From: Camelus dromedarius
Taxonomy: Eukaryota
DNA: 64,000 bases
Assembly (NCBI RefSeq): GCF_036321535.1
Contig: NC_087436.1
Location: 120,840,001-120,904,000 of the forward strand
Direction of reading: 5' to 3'
Numbering within the stretch: the stretch's first letter is position 1; each line of letters opens with the position of its first letter. Shown piece by piece: positions 1-12,751 of this stretch. Made by a program: the position numbers and the translations under genes. The notes beneath the pieces are model-generated. The model was not told where the DNA came from. It saw nothing but the letters and a program-made list of their open reading frames with translations, and made no database searches.

Positions 1-798
1 AGCTCACAACAGTGTGTCTTTCCCGTCTGGAAACGTGCGAATGATGCTTAGGAGGCGGAGGTGAAGCTGGTTCCCGCTTAAAGCTTAGGCTTGCTTAGAG
101 CAACGCCATTTTCCTGTGTTTCCTGGGAGGGGCCAGAGGGAGACAGCTGGGCACCGTGGGTCATCGCTTTAAAAACACATCTTAAAACTATGAGCGTCCC
201 CATCCCCAGAGCCGCTGGACCGCGAGGCTCACACCGAGCCAGCTTCTCGGCGCTGCTGGGTCTTCCCTGTCACGGGCCCTGGGCACCTGGCATTCAACAG
301 CTTGCTCCCTGCTCCTCCAGGTGAGGGACTGTTGAGCCCGTCTGACAGCGGGGAAGACGGAGCTGGGTGCAGAGCCGTCGGTGGACTAGCAACGGGACCA
401 GATCGCTGCTCCCTCTTGACGTGACTTTGTAAACCAGGGTTGAGCGTCTCCTGTCCTGGCTGGAAGCTCTGCTGGGGCCCCTGGCCCGTGGTCCAGGCCC
501 GCCAGACTCACACATAGCGGATCTCGCGGTGCAGTTTGTGTCCGTGAGTTCAGCCACAATGAAGGTGTTGGTGTGTCCAGCTTTCCTGACCCTCGCCTAT
601 GGGTGGGGAAGCTACCGCCTCTTGCTGCAAGAATTTTCTCTTAGCAACTGCTCCCTGTCCACCCCTCTTCAGGGAGGGAGGGAGAGGAGGCCAGTCTGAC
701 CGCAGCAGAACTCGTCCGCCCCCATCTGCCTCAGAAGGAGCCCTGGGCTGGGGGTCAGTGGGGGCCCGGCTTCCCTCCCTCCCTCTTTCTCCTGCTCT

Positions 799-845
799 CC
801 ATAAGGCATGTCCCCTCCTCCCCATAAGGCATGTCCCCTCCTCCC
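799..845. repeat. 23-bp tandem duplication
   Basis: ccataaggcatgtcccctcctcc x2. Confidence 0.9.
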
Positions 846-1157
846 GGTCCTGGGCCTCAAGCAGAGCCCCCTCCTCCAAGGAGTAGGACAGATGTCTGAG
901 ATGGCACTGGCCCTGCGAGCATCCAGTGGACAAGCCCCAAGACAGTGCCAGGGCCTGGGCACCTCACAGGGGGACGGAGGCCCAGAGAGAAGGACCCTAA
1001 GAAGTTTCTCCATGAACACCAAGCGGCCTTAAGCCTGCACACGTGGGGCTGAGAGTCCTGTCGCTCCCCGACTCACCCCCTCGGCACCCTGAGTCTCGCT
1101 TTGTATAGCAACCGAAGGGCTCCTCTGAAAAAGTGTCTGGAAGGTGCCAGACACGGC

Positions 1158-1176
1158 AAGCGCCCCCTGCAGGGTG
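1158..1176 (-). promoter_or_regulatory. Candidate CTCF site
   Basis: Reverse complement contains CCTGCAGGGGGCGC, a near-consensus CTCF core; motif match only. Confidence 0.5.
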
Positions 1177-1239
1177 ACCTGTGTGATGCTGGCTAAGCTG
1201 GCACTTCCCGAACTCACCACGCACAGGGAGCCCTTGTCC

Positions 1240-1600
1240 TGAGTGTTGGGGGAGGGGCAGAAACCACCCCGGTTGTTGAACAGAGAATTCTCTATCAAGA
1301 ACTGCCAACCAGGTACCAGAGAACTGAAAAGGCAGAAAGAGACTCTAAGATGCCAAGAGGCAGCCACTGAGGGAAGGGGCTGCGCCCTGGGTCTGGGACA
1401 ACAGGGGAAGAGGAGGAGGATGTGTGACGAGTGCCCCCTGCCCCCGGGATGGGGAAACCCCAAACTGGGCCAGGGGTCAGCCACTGGTGGTGCAGCCGTG
1501 GAGCGGGAGCAGACAAGGGGCAGGCTTCCTCTGTGTGGACGTCTCCCCTGCAAATTCCACCTAGAAGCTTCCATCACACAGTGAACTGCCCCAGGATGGG
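1240..1600. mobile_element. Ancient LTR relic (LTR78/LTR79-like)
   Basis: agaactgaaaaggcagaaagagactctaagatg...gggacaacaggggaagagg resembles recalled ancient eutherian LTR consensus; highly diverged. Confidence 0.4.
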
Positions 1601-1654
1601 CCCCGCCCTCACTGCCGCGCCCGCACGCACCTGGCACAGACCAGCATTTACCAG

Positions 1655-2520
1655 GTGCCTTGAGTTCCTGAGGCTGGGTGCCTGCGGAAACAACACAGGC
1701 TTCTCTCGAAGCTCTGGAGGCTGGAAGTGTGGAATCCTGGAATCGGGGTGCGGCAGGCCTGCGCTCCCTCGAGGGGTGCTGGGGGAGGGCTCCAGGTGCA
1801 TCTGGGCTCAGGCCACAGCGCCCCAATCTCTGCTTCCATCAGAGGCCCTCTCCCCTGGGTCTGTGTCCACATCTCCCTTACTTTTCTCTTATAAGGACAC
1901 CAGCCCCTGGGTTTAGGTCACACTTTACTCTAAGGTGAACTCAGCCCAAGAACTTTCTTACTTACTCCTGCAAAGACTCTTTTTCTTTTCTTTTTTTAAA
2001 TTGAAGTCTAGTTGATTTACAATGTTGTGCTGGTTTCAGGCGGACAGCAAAGAGGTTCAATTACACACACATACATTCGCGTTTTCAGATTCTTTCCCGT
2101 TATAGGTCATTACAAGACACTGGATACAGCTCCCTGCACTGTGCAGTACATTTATCTAATGTATGTACAGTCGTGTGTGTCTGTTAAACCCAAGCCCCTA
2201 ATCCACCCCCCACCCCTTTCCCCTTTGGTAACCATAGTTTGTTTTCTGTGTCTGTGAGTCTATTTCTGGTTTGTAAATAAGTTCATTTGTGTCATTTTTT
2301 AAGATTCCACATGTAAGTGATATCATATGGTATCTGTCTTTCTCTGTCTGACTCACTTCACTTAATACAATGATCTCTAGGTCCATCCACGTTGCTACAA
2401 ATGGCGTTATTTCATTCTTTTTTATGAGTGATAGGTAAGACCCTTTTCCTAAGTAAGGTCTCATTCATAGGTTCTGGGGTTAGGATGTGGACCTACCTCT
2501 TTTAGGGTCGCCAGTGACCC
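1655..2520 (-). mobile_element. MLT1 (ERVL-MaLR) solo LTR, interrupted by the L1 at 1984-2436
   Basis: MLT1 antisense hallmarks: gctctggaggctggaag, ttataaggacaccag, ctgcaaagactc|cttttcctaagtaaggtc, ggttctggggttaggatgtggac. Confidence 0.85.
1984..2436 (-). mobile_element. 5'-truncated young L1 (cetartiodactyl-type 3' end) inserted in an MLT1 LTR
   Basis: Poly-T at left. Minus frame gives L1 ORF2 C-terminus KKNEITPFVATWMDLEIIVLSEVSQTEKDRYHMISLTCGI. TSD aagactctttt (1973-1983) / aagaccctttt (2437-2447). Confidence 0.92.
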
Positions 2521-2523
2521 CCC

Positions 2524-2567
2524 AAAGGAGCGCAAAGGGGCCACTAAAGGAGCGCAAAGGGGCCACT
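2524..2567. repeat. 22-bp perfect tandem duplication
   Basis: aaaggagcgcaaaggggccact x2. Confidence 0.92.
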
Positions 2568-4566
2568 GCAGAGGGCTGCTGAATTTGAGACACAACTCAG
2601 AAGCTGCCTCCACCAGGAAGGTTCCCGTCACTCCCACAAGCACCAGTCCCCCTCCCCGCACGTCTTCAGAACCTCGCGCTGGTGCCTACCCATCTGCACA
2701 TCCTTCCATCCTTCCCTGCGTCCACATACTCGCTCACTCAGTGGCTTCCATCCCACACTCACTGGGCGCAGTCTCTGGCCTGGCACCAGCGGCTGCTGGC
2801 ATGGATGAGCAGCCAGTGAGGCAGGGAGCCTTAGGAGCACGTGGTCGGTGGCACCGCGGGATCTCTGGCTGTTGGTTGTAGACTGGGGGCCCAGGGCCGT
2901 TCCTCCCCACCGTCTCCCAGCTGTCATCATTCAGCCTCTCTGGACTTACTTCCTTTTCTGTGAAATGGGTTGATGTTGCCAGCCCTCCTGGGTGTTATCA
3001 GCCCTCAGGGTGGCAGTGGCTGGTCCTAGGGGCTCAACAGGAAGCCCCCCACCTGCTCCCTGTCTCCCCCTCCCCCAGCCCCCGCTGGTCCCTGCCGAGC
3101 ACTGGAGTTGGTGCCTGCGTGCTAGTGGGGCTTCCGGGACATGCTCGGTGGATGCTATGGCCGGACAAGGGGGCACAGGAGGGTGAAGCCTGGAGCAGCT
3201 GGCTCTCCTCAGACCTAAGGGCAGATCTCAGACACCCCGAAGTTACTCTCTGTTTCCACTTCAACCGGCAGCAAGGCTTCAGGCATCTGCAGCCATTTCA
3301 GCCCTAACAGCCCCTCCGTCCCAGTCCCAGGAACTGCCCGGAGAGAGGCCTCCCCTCTCTGCGGGTGACTGGTCTGGGCCATTCAGAAGCAAATGGCCTG
3401 GAGCGAGAATCCCGCTGTCCGAGATCAGCGGGAGCAGTGCCCAGGCACGGAGCCCGGGGGGCCAGGCCGGGCGCGGCTGCAGGCACAGAGGCTGGGCTGG
3501 CCTTGGGCCAGCACCCCACCCCTCCCAGTGACCTCACGGGCAGAGCCGGGGCTGCTGGAGGGCTGCGGGGGAGGGGAGGACTCCCGCCCGCCGGACTCCG
3601 CGCGCCAGCTTTCTTTCCCAAAGGCCCGGGCGGGGGCTGCTGATGGATGGCTATGTAATCTGTCCTGAATGGAGTGGAGGGGACCCAGTGGCCCGTGAAG
3701 AGTCCTTTTCCGCACCCCCTCCTCCGCACCCTCCCCTGAGTTTGCTTTACAAATTAGAAAAGGGCGTCGAGGTCACATCCGAGAAGCCAGCTCAGGGTCA
3801 GAGCAGCCCATGGGAGCAGGCCATGGGGCTCTGTCCCCCGTGGGAGGACCTGGGCCAGCTAGGACCCAGCCCCTGCAGAAGAATGGGAGGAAGAGGGGGA
3901 GGGTGCACGGTGGCGGGATTAGGGTGCAGACCGGGATGGGGCTGGGTCTTGCCCAGGGTCCCGCCAAGCGTCCCGCCAAGCAGGGCTGGAGAGCAGGCTG
4001 GTCTGACCCCAAGGCCCTGGCCCCCGCCTCAGGCAGCGGCTACCCAAAAACAGGAGGCTGTACGTGCTAGAGCTTTGCTGCAGACTCTGATGCTAGATTA
4101 GGGAAAACGCTGTTTCCTGCCAGCCCTGCACGCGCCCTCTTGCCTGTGTGCATTGCGCGTTGTGCATTGTGGCTTGGCCTCTCTCCCTTCAGGAGGTGAA
4201 GCTCTTTCCTTGAGTCCGGCCTGGTGACTTGCTCTGACGTACAGGCTACAGTGGATGTGACCGTGTGGGGCTTCTGGCCCTTCTGGACCCCGAGATTGCC
4301 ACGTGCAGGAGCCGGGCCAGTGCCCGTGTGGAGGAGAAGCACCTGCAAGGGATGCCGTCGTGCCCACCGGCCCGCCTGAGCCCAGGAAGGCTGCCCTGGA
4401 GCCCGCAGACTGTGAGTAACAGCCGTCCCAGCCTCCCAGCCCCAGGCGGACACAGCTTTCCCGCAGTGAAGAGGACTGGTAGACCTCACTTCTGGGCCCT
4501 GAAGACTGGGGAAGGCTTTCTTCCTGTTCCGAGGGCTCCAGGAGATCTTTGTATGGAAAGAGAAAT

Positions 4567-4920
4567 GTCACGGGTGGCATTGTGTTTCCCCCAAAATTCA
4601 CGCTGAAGCCCTGACCCTCAGCATCTCAGAATGCGGCTTTATTTGGAAATAGGGTCTTTGCAGGCATCATTGTTAACATGAGGTCACACTGGAGCTGGTG
4701 GGCCCCTGGGCCAGTGTGACTGGTGTCCTTATAAAACGGGGAAATCGGGACACAGACATGCACACAGGGAGACGGCCACGTGGAGATGAAGGCAGGGACC
4801 CAGGGCGACACAGCAGAAGCCAAGGAAGGCCAAAGACAGCCAGCAAGCGCAGACGCCGGGCTGCGGCCTGGGGCGTCCTCCCTCCGGCCTCAGAGGAGCC
4901 AGCCTGAACTGCCGTGCCCT
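4567..4920 (+). mobile_element. MLT1B/C-like MaLR LTR
   Basis: ccccccaaaattca...ctcagaatg...ttatttggaaatagggtctttgcagg...atgaggtcacactgga...gactggtgtccttataaaa...aagccaaggaaggccaa. Confidence 0.88.
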
Positions 4921-4936
4921 CTAACTGGGACACCAC

Positions 4937-5080
4937 CTTTGATTGCCCGATTAAGGTGGGGTCTGTCCGGGGTCTCCATTGTAGAGTAACCCCTTCTCCT
5001 GTGGAAATCAGTAAGTGTTTTGCGGGAGGTACCCAGAGACTTCGTAAACACCCTGTTCATCATGCTTACAGTTAACCGTT
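4937..5080 (-). mobile_element. Old L1 (L1MC/L1ME-like) 3' fragment
   Basis: tttgattgcccgattaaggtggggtctgtccggggtctccattgtagagtaac...cagtaagtgttttg matches the recalled L1MC-type antisense 3'UTR. Confidence 0.55.
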
Positions 5081-5086
5081 CATTAC

Positions 5087-5608
5087 TCTCGACAAAAAGT
5101 AATGCTCACACACCGAGGTCCGGGGAGGTCATTCTGGCCTATCCATGAGTCAACTTGAATTTGGTGCTGACTACAACAGCCTTCTATAGCCTCTCAAACA
5201 TACACTGTACGTCTGCTTCATTCTGGCATCTTCATTAAGATGGCACACTGACCAGAAGTAAAGAATGTTTGTGTTAAAAATGAAGATTGATGTCCCTCTT
5301 CCTGGGACGCCAGTGCTGGTCCTCCTTTGATGACAAGACTCGCTTCGCAGGTGCCAGAGCCACACTGCGGGTGCTGTGAGTGTCCGTGCCGATCTGCCTG
5401 CTTATTTTTTAAACCTTGAACGTGTCCCTGACTTGTTTCATGTTCTTTGTTCCGACAAGATATAGAAGTGTGCTGAAAACCCCGCTTCTCCGGAGCAGTT
5501 TCTCAGAGTGATTTGGGAAGCAGGCTTCCAGGCTCATCCTCCGTTTGGCTCAAATAAAACTCTTTTCTGTTTTTCTTATTGATTGTTCATGGATTATTTG
5601 CATCGACA
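5087..5608 (+). mobile_element. ERV1 solo LTR (MER41-related)
   Basis: Starts tctcgac (degenerate TG), ends atcgaCA. TATA-like TATAGAA at 5461, AATAAA at 5553-5558, R-region gagcagtttctcagagtgatttgggaag typical of MER41-like LTRs. No clean TSD. Confidence 0.72.
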
Positions 5609-6109
5609 CTGTAACAGTGGGGCCTGCGGGCTCGTACTTTTCTCCATAGGTTGTGATCAGTCACTCACATCACTTACTTTGCTGCTCAGGTATCCCGTAT
5701 CTGGTCTGGCTGTGATTCCAGTGCTGGCCCCCGCCCCCCTCCCACCTCCGGGGTGAGTCATTCAGGGAGGAAGGGAAGCCCAGCGGGGGCCTGACCTGGG
5801 AAGCAGGCAGTGCTGCCCATGGAAGCCAGCCCCGGCAGGCCCAGCTTCCGCGCGGGACCCGGACCCGCCCATCCACGGGAGGACCCAGGGCCACGGTGCC
5901 CCACCCTAGAGCCCAGAAAGCCAACGAGTGAGGGGGTATGAAACACTTTTAGGCCAAAAGCAGCTGAGAAAAACTGCAGCTGAGTTCCTGAGTAACACCA
6001 TCACCAGCCCCTCTAGAGGGGCTTCCAAAGGGCGCACCCCAGAAAGGGGATGTGCCCCAGGAAGAGGGGATGCCCGGGGCTGTCTGAGACGGCAGGGCTG
6101 GCGCAGCTG

Positions 6110-9100
6110 CTGTTTTTATGGCGGTGAAAGTCACATTGCATAAAGTTAACAATTTCGGGGTGGCATTCATCTTGTGCAGCGTCCACCTCTGCCTAGTTCT
6201 AGAACGTCTCCATCACTCTGAGAGAAGCCCTCACCCACTAGGAGGCACTTTCTCCCCCCTCCCCCAGCCCTGGCAACTGTGAACCTATTGCCATCTCTAC
6301 GGATTTGTCTGTCCTGGACGTTTCCCATACATGGGACCGGACAACGTGTGACCGTTTCTGACTGGCCTCTTTTGCTCGGCATAAGGTTTCCAGTTCCATC
6401 CTTATGGCGGCATGGATCAGCGCGTCACCCCTTTCTAAGGCGGAATCTTGTTTCATTGTACGCACACGTCGTTCACCCCTTGACAGGCGCTTGGGCGGTT
6501 TCGGTGTCTTAAGTGCGCTAATATGCTAATGCTGCCTTGCACCTGAGGGTGCAGCTATCTCTGCGAGACGCTGGTTCCATTTACTTTGGATAAATACCCA
6601 GAAGTGGGACTGCTGGACTCTATTTTTAGTCTTTTGAGGAACCTCCACCCTGTTTTCCACAGTGGCTGCACCATTTTGCATTCCCACCAACAGTGCACGA
6701 GGGTTCCCTTTTCTCCACATCCTCACCAACACGTAGCTCTTAACCTTGTGCTAATAGCCATCCTTACAGGAGTGGGAGGAGATCTCAAGGTGATTTTGAT
6801 TTGCATTTCTCCGATGGTTAGTGGTGTTGAGCACATTTTCGGGTACCTATTGGCCATTATTTTATCTTCCCTGGAAAAATGTTTATTCAGGCCCTTTGCA
6901 CATTTTAAAATTGGATTATTTGGTTCTTTGTTATTGAGTTAAATGAGTCCCTTATCTATTTTTTTATCAACTCCTTATCAGATGTATAGTTTGCAAACAT
7001 TTTCTCCCATTCCGTAGGCTGCGTGCTCGTTCTGTGATCGTTTCCTGCGCTGTGTGGAAGCTTTTTAGTTTCATGTGGTCCCGCTTGTTTTTTGTCGCTT
7101 TTGTTGCCTGTGCTTTTGGCGTCAGATCCAAAGACTCGTCGCCAAGCCCGAAGTGGAGGGGCTGTTTCCCTGCGTTCCTTCTAGGACTTTCACAGTTTCC
7201 ACTCTTACGTCTAGAGCTTTAATCCATCTTGAGTCCATTTTGTCAGTGGTGTAAAACCGGGGCCCAGCTGCGTTCTTGTGCAAGGGCGCCTGCAGCTTTT
7301 CCAACACCGTTTGTTGAAGAGACTGTGTTTCCACATTGTGTGTCTTGGAATCTTGCCATAAATCAGCCGATCATGTGTGTGTGGGTTTACGTCTGGGCTC
7401 TGCTTCCTGTCCTGCAGGTTTGTGGGTCCGCTTCTACGCCACCAGCGTGTGTTGTGCGACGGGCTGCGCTGCAGCACGACTTGCGCCCTCGCTGGAGCTT
7501 TGTGATGTACTTAGAAATCGGGACACGTGCTGCCTCCAGTTCTGTTCTTCTTTCTCAAGATTGCTTTAGCTACTTGGGGCTTCTTGTGGCCCCACACAAA
7601 TTTTAAGATTTTTTTTTCTCTATTTCTGTGAAAAATGCCATTTTGATAGGGACTGCGTTGTGTCTGTAGATTGCTTTACGTAGCAGGGACTTTTTAACAA
7701 TATTAATCCTTCCAGCTCAAGGACACAGAAATCCTCCCATTTATTTGTGTTTCCTTCAAGTTCTTTTATCAACATCTTAACAATTTTCAATGTACAAGCC
7801 TTTCACCTCCTTGCTTAAATGTCTTCCTAAGTGTTTTATTCTTTTTGATATTATTTTAAATAGGATTTTTTTTCCTAATTTCTCTTTCAGATAAATTCAT
7901 TGTTAGTGCATAGAAATGCAACTGATTTTGTATGTTGATTCAGTATCTTGCAACTTTACTGAATTTGTTTATTAGTTCTAACTTTCTTGGGCAGCATCTT
8001 CAGGGGTTTGTATATATAAAGTTTAAAGTCATATCTGCAGAGACAATTTTACTTCCTTCTTTCCAATCTGGATGACTTTTTTCAAAATTGAAGTATCATC
8101 AGTTTACAATGTTGTATCAATCTCTGGTGCACATCACAGTGTCCCAGGCATACATACACATACGTATGTTCGTTTTCATATTCTTTTTCATTATGGGTTA
8201 GTACAAGATACTGAATATAGTTCCCTGTGCGATACAGAAGAAATTTTTTTAATCTATTTTTATATATAGTAGTTAATATTTGCAAATCTCGAACTCCCAA
8301 ATTTATCCCTTCACTCCCCCTTTCCCCCTGGTTACCATCAGATTGTTTACTATGTCTGTGCGTCTGTTTGTTTTGTAGAAGAGTTCATTAGTGTCCTCTT
8401 TTCTCTTTTTTTAGATTCCACATATGAGTGATATCATATGGCATTTTTCTTTCTCTTTCTGGCTCACTTCACTTGGACTGACAATCTCCAGGTCCATCCG
8501 TGTTGCTGCAAATGGCGTTTTTTTATTCTTTCCTATGGAGTAGTATTCCACTGTATAAATACACCACAACTTTATCCAGTCTTCGGTTGATGGGTGGATG
8601 CCTTTTATTTCTTTTTCTTGCCTGATGCTCTGTCTAGAATTCCCGATACTATGTTGAATAAGAGTGATGAGGGTGGACATCTTTGTCTTGTTTCTGATCT
8701 TAAAGGAAAGCCGTTCAGCTCTTCACCACTGAGCATGATGTCAGCTGTGGTCTCATCATGGTGGCCTTTCTTATGTTGAGAAAGACTCTTTCAAGACCTA
8801 ATTTGTTGAGAGTTTTTTTTTTTTTAATCATGAAAGGATGTTGAATTTTGTAAAATGCTTTTTCTACATCTATCAAGCCAATCATAAGATATTTATCCTT
8901 CATTCTGCCCAGGTTGTGTATCACACGGATTGATTTGCAAATGTTCTTGAAACCCTTGCTATAAATCGGGTGAAAAGACCGTGTTTGTGTGGGTTTACTT
9001 CCCACCTTCCTTGCAGCCCGAGGATAAATCCCACTCAGTCGTGGTGTGTGATCCTTTTAATGTGCTTTGAGTTCGGTTTGCCGGCATTTTGTTGAGGAAT

Positions 9101-9537
9101 TTTGCACCTGTGTTCATCGGGAATGTTGCCCCGTGATTTTCTTTTCTTGTGGTGACCTTGTCTGTTATCAGGGTCACACTGGCCACGTAGAATAACTTTG
9201 GAAGTACTTCCTTCTCTTTGGCTTTTTAGAACAGTTCGAGAAGGACTGACGTCAATTCTCTGAACACTTGGTGGAATTCACCAGTGGCGCCGTCTGGCCC
9301 TGCGCTCTCCTCTGCTGGGGGATTGCTGGTTACGGATTCCAGCTTCTCACTAATCGTAGGTCTCCTCAGACTTTGTTCTTCACAGTTCAGTCTTATGGGC
9401 TGTGTTTCTAGGAATGTATCCATTTGTCTGAGGTAGTTTCATTTGTTGCCATTTAGTTGTTTAGTAGTTTCTCATGATCTTTTGTATTTCTGTGGTACCA
9501 GTTGTAATCTCTTCTCTTTCATTTCTGGTTTTATGTA
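6110..9537 (-). mobile_element. L1 (L1MA/L1MB-type) 3'UTR and about 2.5 kb of degraded ORF2; possibly two joined copies; interrupted at 8081-8594
   Basis: Minus-frame ORF2 relics: LVRMWRKGNPRALLVGMQNGAATVENRVEVPQK, HSLFNKRCWKS, DVEKAFYKIQHPFMIK..LNKLGLE, MDTFLET..RL, GPDGATGEFHQVFRELTSVLLELF. Many stops and frameshifts. Confidence 0.93.
8081..8594 (-). mobile_element. Younger lineage-specific L1 3' end nested in the older L1
   Basis: ORF2 end WIKLWCIYTVEYYS..KKTPFAATRMDLEIVSPSEVSQKEKEKCHMISLICGI plus 3'UTR. TSD tggatgactttt (8069-8080) / tggatgcctttt (8595-8606). Confidence 0.9.
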
Positions 9538-9569
9538 TGGATGCACAGTTACGTGTTTGAGTCCCTGGC

Positions 9570-9935
9570 ACATAAACTTTTGAGCTCCAGTCTCTGCACA
9601 AGTAACCCAGAGGTGTGATTGCCACCCGCTGTCACGGGGCACCTGGGACGATGAAGTGAAATGCAGGGTGCTTGGCTTAGAGGAAGCAGTTGGTAAAAGC
9701 GGCCATTCACAACTGCAGAGATTGCACACTTAGTATGCGCTCAATATTGTATATGGATTTGTTCGTGTAATCTTTATGGAAACCTCATGGGGGTAGATGC
9801 TGTCAAGACTCACATTTTACAGACAAGAAAACGGAGACTCAGAGAGGGCAAGCAACTTGCACAAGACTACATGGCCAGTGGCCGAGGCAGGATTCAAGGT
9901 GGGCAGTGTGGAGTCCACCCGTGACCACTGTGCTG
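9570..9935. mobile_element. Two MIR relics in opposite orientation
   Basis: Minus MIR core cattttacagacaagaaaacggagactcagagagggcaagcaacttgcacaagactaca (about 9720-9935); degenerate plus MIR at about 9570-9710. Confidence 0.7.
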
Positions 9936-12301
9936 TTAACCTAAGTAGGCAGTGGGAAGAGGCAGAAATGAAGCTTTGAAAAGCAGCTGCTGGACGGGGC
10001 AGCCGAGCCCCGCCGGTCACACCGCTTTGTTCATCCAAGGCACTCTCAGATGGTGGCCAGTTCTTTGTGGAAAGAGCATGCAATGCCTCAATAGTTATAC
10101 CGGCCACTTGTTTCCCACCTATGGTATCTCTGGGGAAGCCCGCCTTGCCAGGGCCCGGCGGGCAGGCACACCTCTGCGGCAGGTGCGTTGGGCTCCAATT
10201 CTGAAACCCGGGGCTGCTGACCGTTCCTGGGATCAGGCCCCTTCTTGGAGCTGCGACCCCACCCCCACACCATCTCCCTCTGAATCATGCCCTCTCGGAC
10301 CTCCACCACCTGCTCCCTCCCCAAGGCGCCAGGTGGGCCGGGGCGGCTCTTGTGGGTGGGGCAGGGGCTGTGCAGCCCCAGTGGGGCTGGGACGAGAGAC
10401 AGCAAGACAGACTTGCCCCGCCGACACTCCCCAGGCAGGAGGGCCCATCTTGCACCCACATGCGCCTGCCGGCCTGTGGATACTACCCCAAATGTTGGAG
10501 GCGTCTGTCCTCCGTGGGGTCACGGCCCAGGCTGGCGCTCTCTGAAGCACGTGGGGATCTGCAGCTTGTCTCCGGTGGGCCGTGTCTGTTCTTCATCTGA
10601 TGCTGAAAGGAGCATGGGGTGAGGAGCCCGGGCCACCTGTTTTGCTCTGGACACCTGAGAAGCTGATGGCTAATAATTCCCACATCCTCTGTTCCGTGTC
10701 AGAGACTCTGGAAGACCAGCCCTCGGTGTTTGAAAGGAACGTGCTGGAATTGGGGAGCCTCCACCCCTCACCTTGGGCAGACCCTCCTGGGGCGCACATG
10801 GACCCTCCATGCCTCAGCTCCAAGCCACAATCATGTGGATCCCAGCAGCCTCAGGCTGTTCCTCTTCTTCTATCCTCTGTCCTCCATCCTTCGTTTCTTC
10901 CTTGTTTGGCTTTAAATACGTAATACTTATCCAAGTATTGCCTGAATGTGGTTGAACTTGCGTAATAAAGTCTCAGAAGGAGAACAGGATGCCTGCCCCC
11001 CTGCCCCCCCTGCTCCTCTGCCCGCTTCACTATCTTTCTGGGGTTTCCTTCAGGATTTAGTATTTTCCTCCTTACGATTCTCCCCTCACCTCGTATCCTA
11101 TGCATCCTTCCAGCTTCTGCTCAGTGCTCACCGCCTCCAGGAAGCCTTCCTGGCCTTTCTTACGTCCTGGGAGCTCTACTTCCCGCTATGGTTCCACGTG
11201 CATCTTGGTGATTATCTGGTTGGTGTCTGACTCCTGTCCTGGGCTCTAAGCCTCCGGGCAGGTGTGGGAATGCCCGCTTGGCGCTCGGCATCCTCAGCAG
11301 CCGGCCTGGCTTGTGGGAGGGGCCCAAGAGAGCACCTGTGTTGATGCTCACAGGCAGCGTCCTCTCTGGCCCCCGGGCCCCCGGGCCCCCTGCACACTCA
11401 TCGCCCCTCTGCCTAGAAATTACTAGGCAATTTCTCTACATCAAAGGCACCAACACTCCCCATGGCCTGAGACCATGTTCAAGCCGATCTGTGCCCTGAG
11501 CCCGACCTGTGGTCACAGCAGGCGGCCACACAGCCCTGTTCCCTGCTTTTCGTCTGAGTGGCAGGACACATCTCTGAGCACGTTCCGTAAACTGGCTTGG
11601 GCATTGCCGTTAACACTCTCCTGGGCCTTTCCATGGGCCCTCACGTGGGGATTTCTGCCCTTGCCCCCACTCGGGGCTGGAGGCAGCCTCTGGGCGCTGG
11701 GCCCTCGTGGGTCCCCGGTCGTAGGGAGATGGCCCGGGCTGGCCCCCAACAGAAGGCAGGGTGGGTCGGGGCAGCCGGGTCTGGTGGGGGGATGTCGCTA
11801 GAACCGAAGTGGGGGGTCTGCTGTACTGAACGAGAGAGAGACAGACAGCCGGCAGGAGAGCCGCAGCGGGCGGGACCTGGGGAGAGGGGAGGGGCGCAGG
11901 GAGGCCTGGTCCCCACCCTGACCCCCCCCATCCGAGCCCCCCACCCCGTCTCTGCACCTGGCCCTGGAGCTGGCTCAGCCCCACCCATGGGAGAGCCCGG
12001 CCTCCGGACCCCCCGAGCCTGTGCCAGCCCACGTCACGGTCAGCCGCGGCCCCCGAGCCTCGGTTCCCCGCCGCTGCGTGGGCGCTGCGCTGCACGGGGG
12101 CGCGTGCGCCCTGTGCCCGGCTGGCGTCCCGGCGCTCGGACACGGCGCCTTCTTCCCCTCTGGAAGGACCCTCTCTGTTATTTCACTTCTCAGCAGAACA
12201 GAGCTTGACCATCCAGCCAGACCACCAGCTCCAAAGGCAGGGCCTCGGCCTTCCTGGGACCAGGGTGAGGGCGGGAGTTCCGCAAAGCCTGCTGGCTAGG
12301 G

Positions 12302-12751
12302 TGTCTGCTTCCTGCAGCCGCTGTGGCCCACCACCACAGTGGAGTGGCTTAAAACAGAGAGACGCCCTTGAGCCTGGAGGCCAGGAGTTCTAAAATCAAG
12401 GGGCCGGCAGGGCTGGTTCCTTCTGGAGGCTCCAGGGGAGAATTTGCTTCCCTGTCTCGTCTGCAGGCAGCGCCTTCCTTGGCTCGCAGCCCCTCCCCCA
12501 TCTCCAGGGCCAGCAGTGCAGTGTCTTCCCTCCTCTAACCTCTGCTTCCGTCTCCTCTCTCTTTGCCTCCTTTCTACGAGGACCCTGTGATTATGTGAGG
12601 CCCACCCAGGTCACCTTAAATTCTCTCCCCGTCGTAAGATCCTTCACTGAATCACATCTGCAAAGTCGCTTATGTCCTGATAGATCACATGCCACACGTT
12701 CCAGGGATAAGGGCACAAATAGCACCGGGGAGGCACTGCTCCGCCGACCAC
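12302..12751 (-). mobile_element. MLT1D-like MaLR LTR
   Basis: gtggcttaaaacag, ggaggccaggagttctaaaatcaagg, ggttccttctggaggctccaggggagaat, gaggaccctgtgattat, aatcacatctgcaaagtc. Confidence 0.88.

Noticed and set aside
6110..9537. Active L1 or domesticated reverse transcriptase
   Set aside because: 5'-truncated, many frameshifts and stops, and interrupted by another L1.
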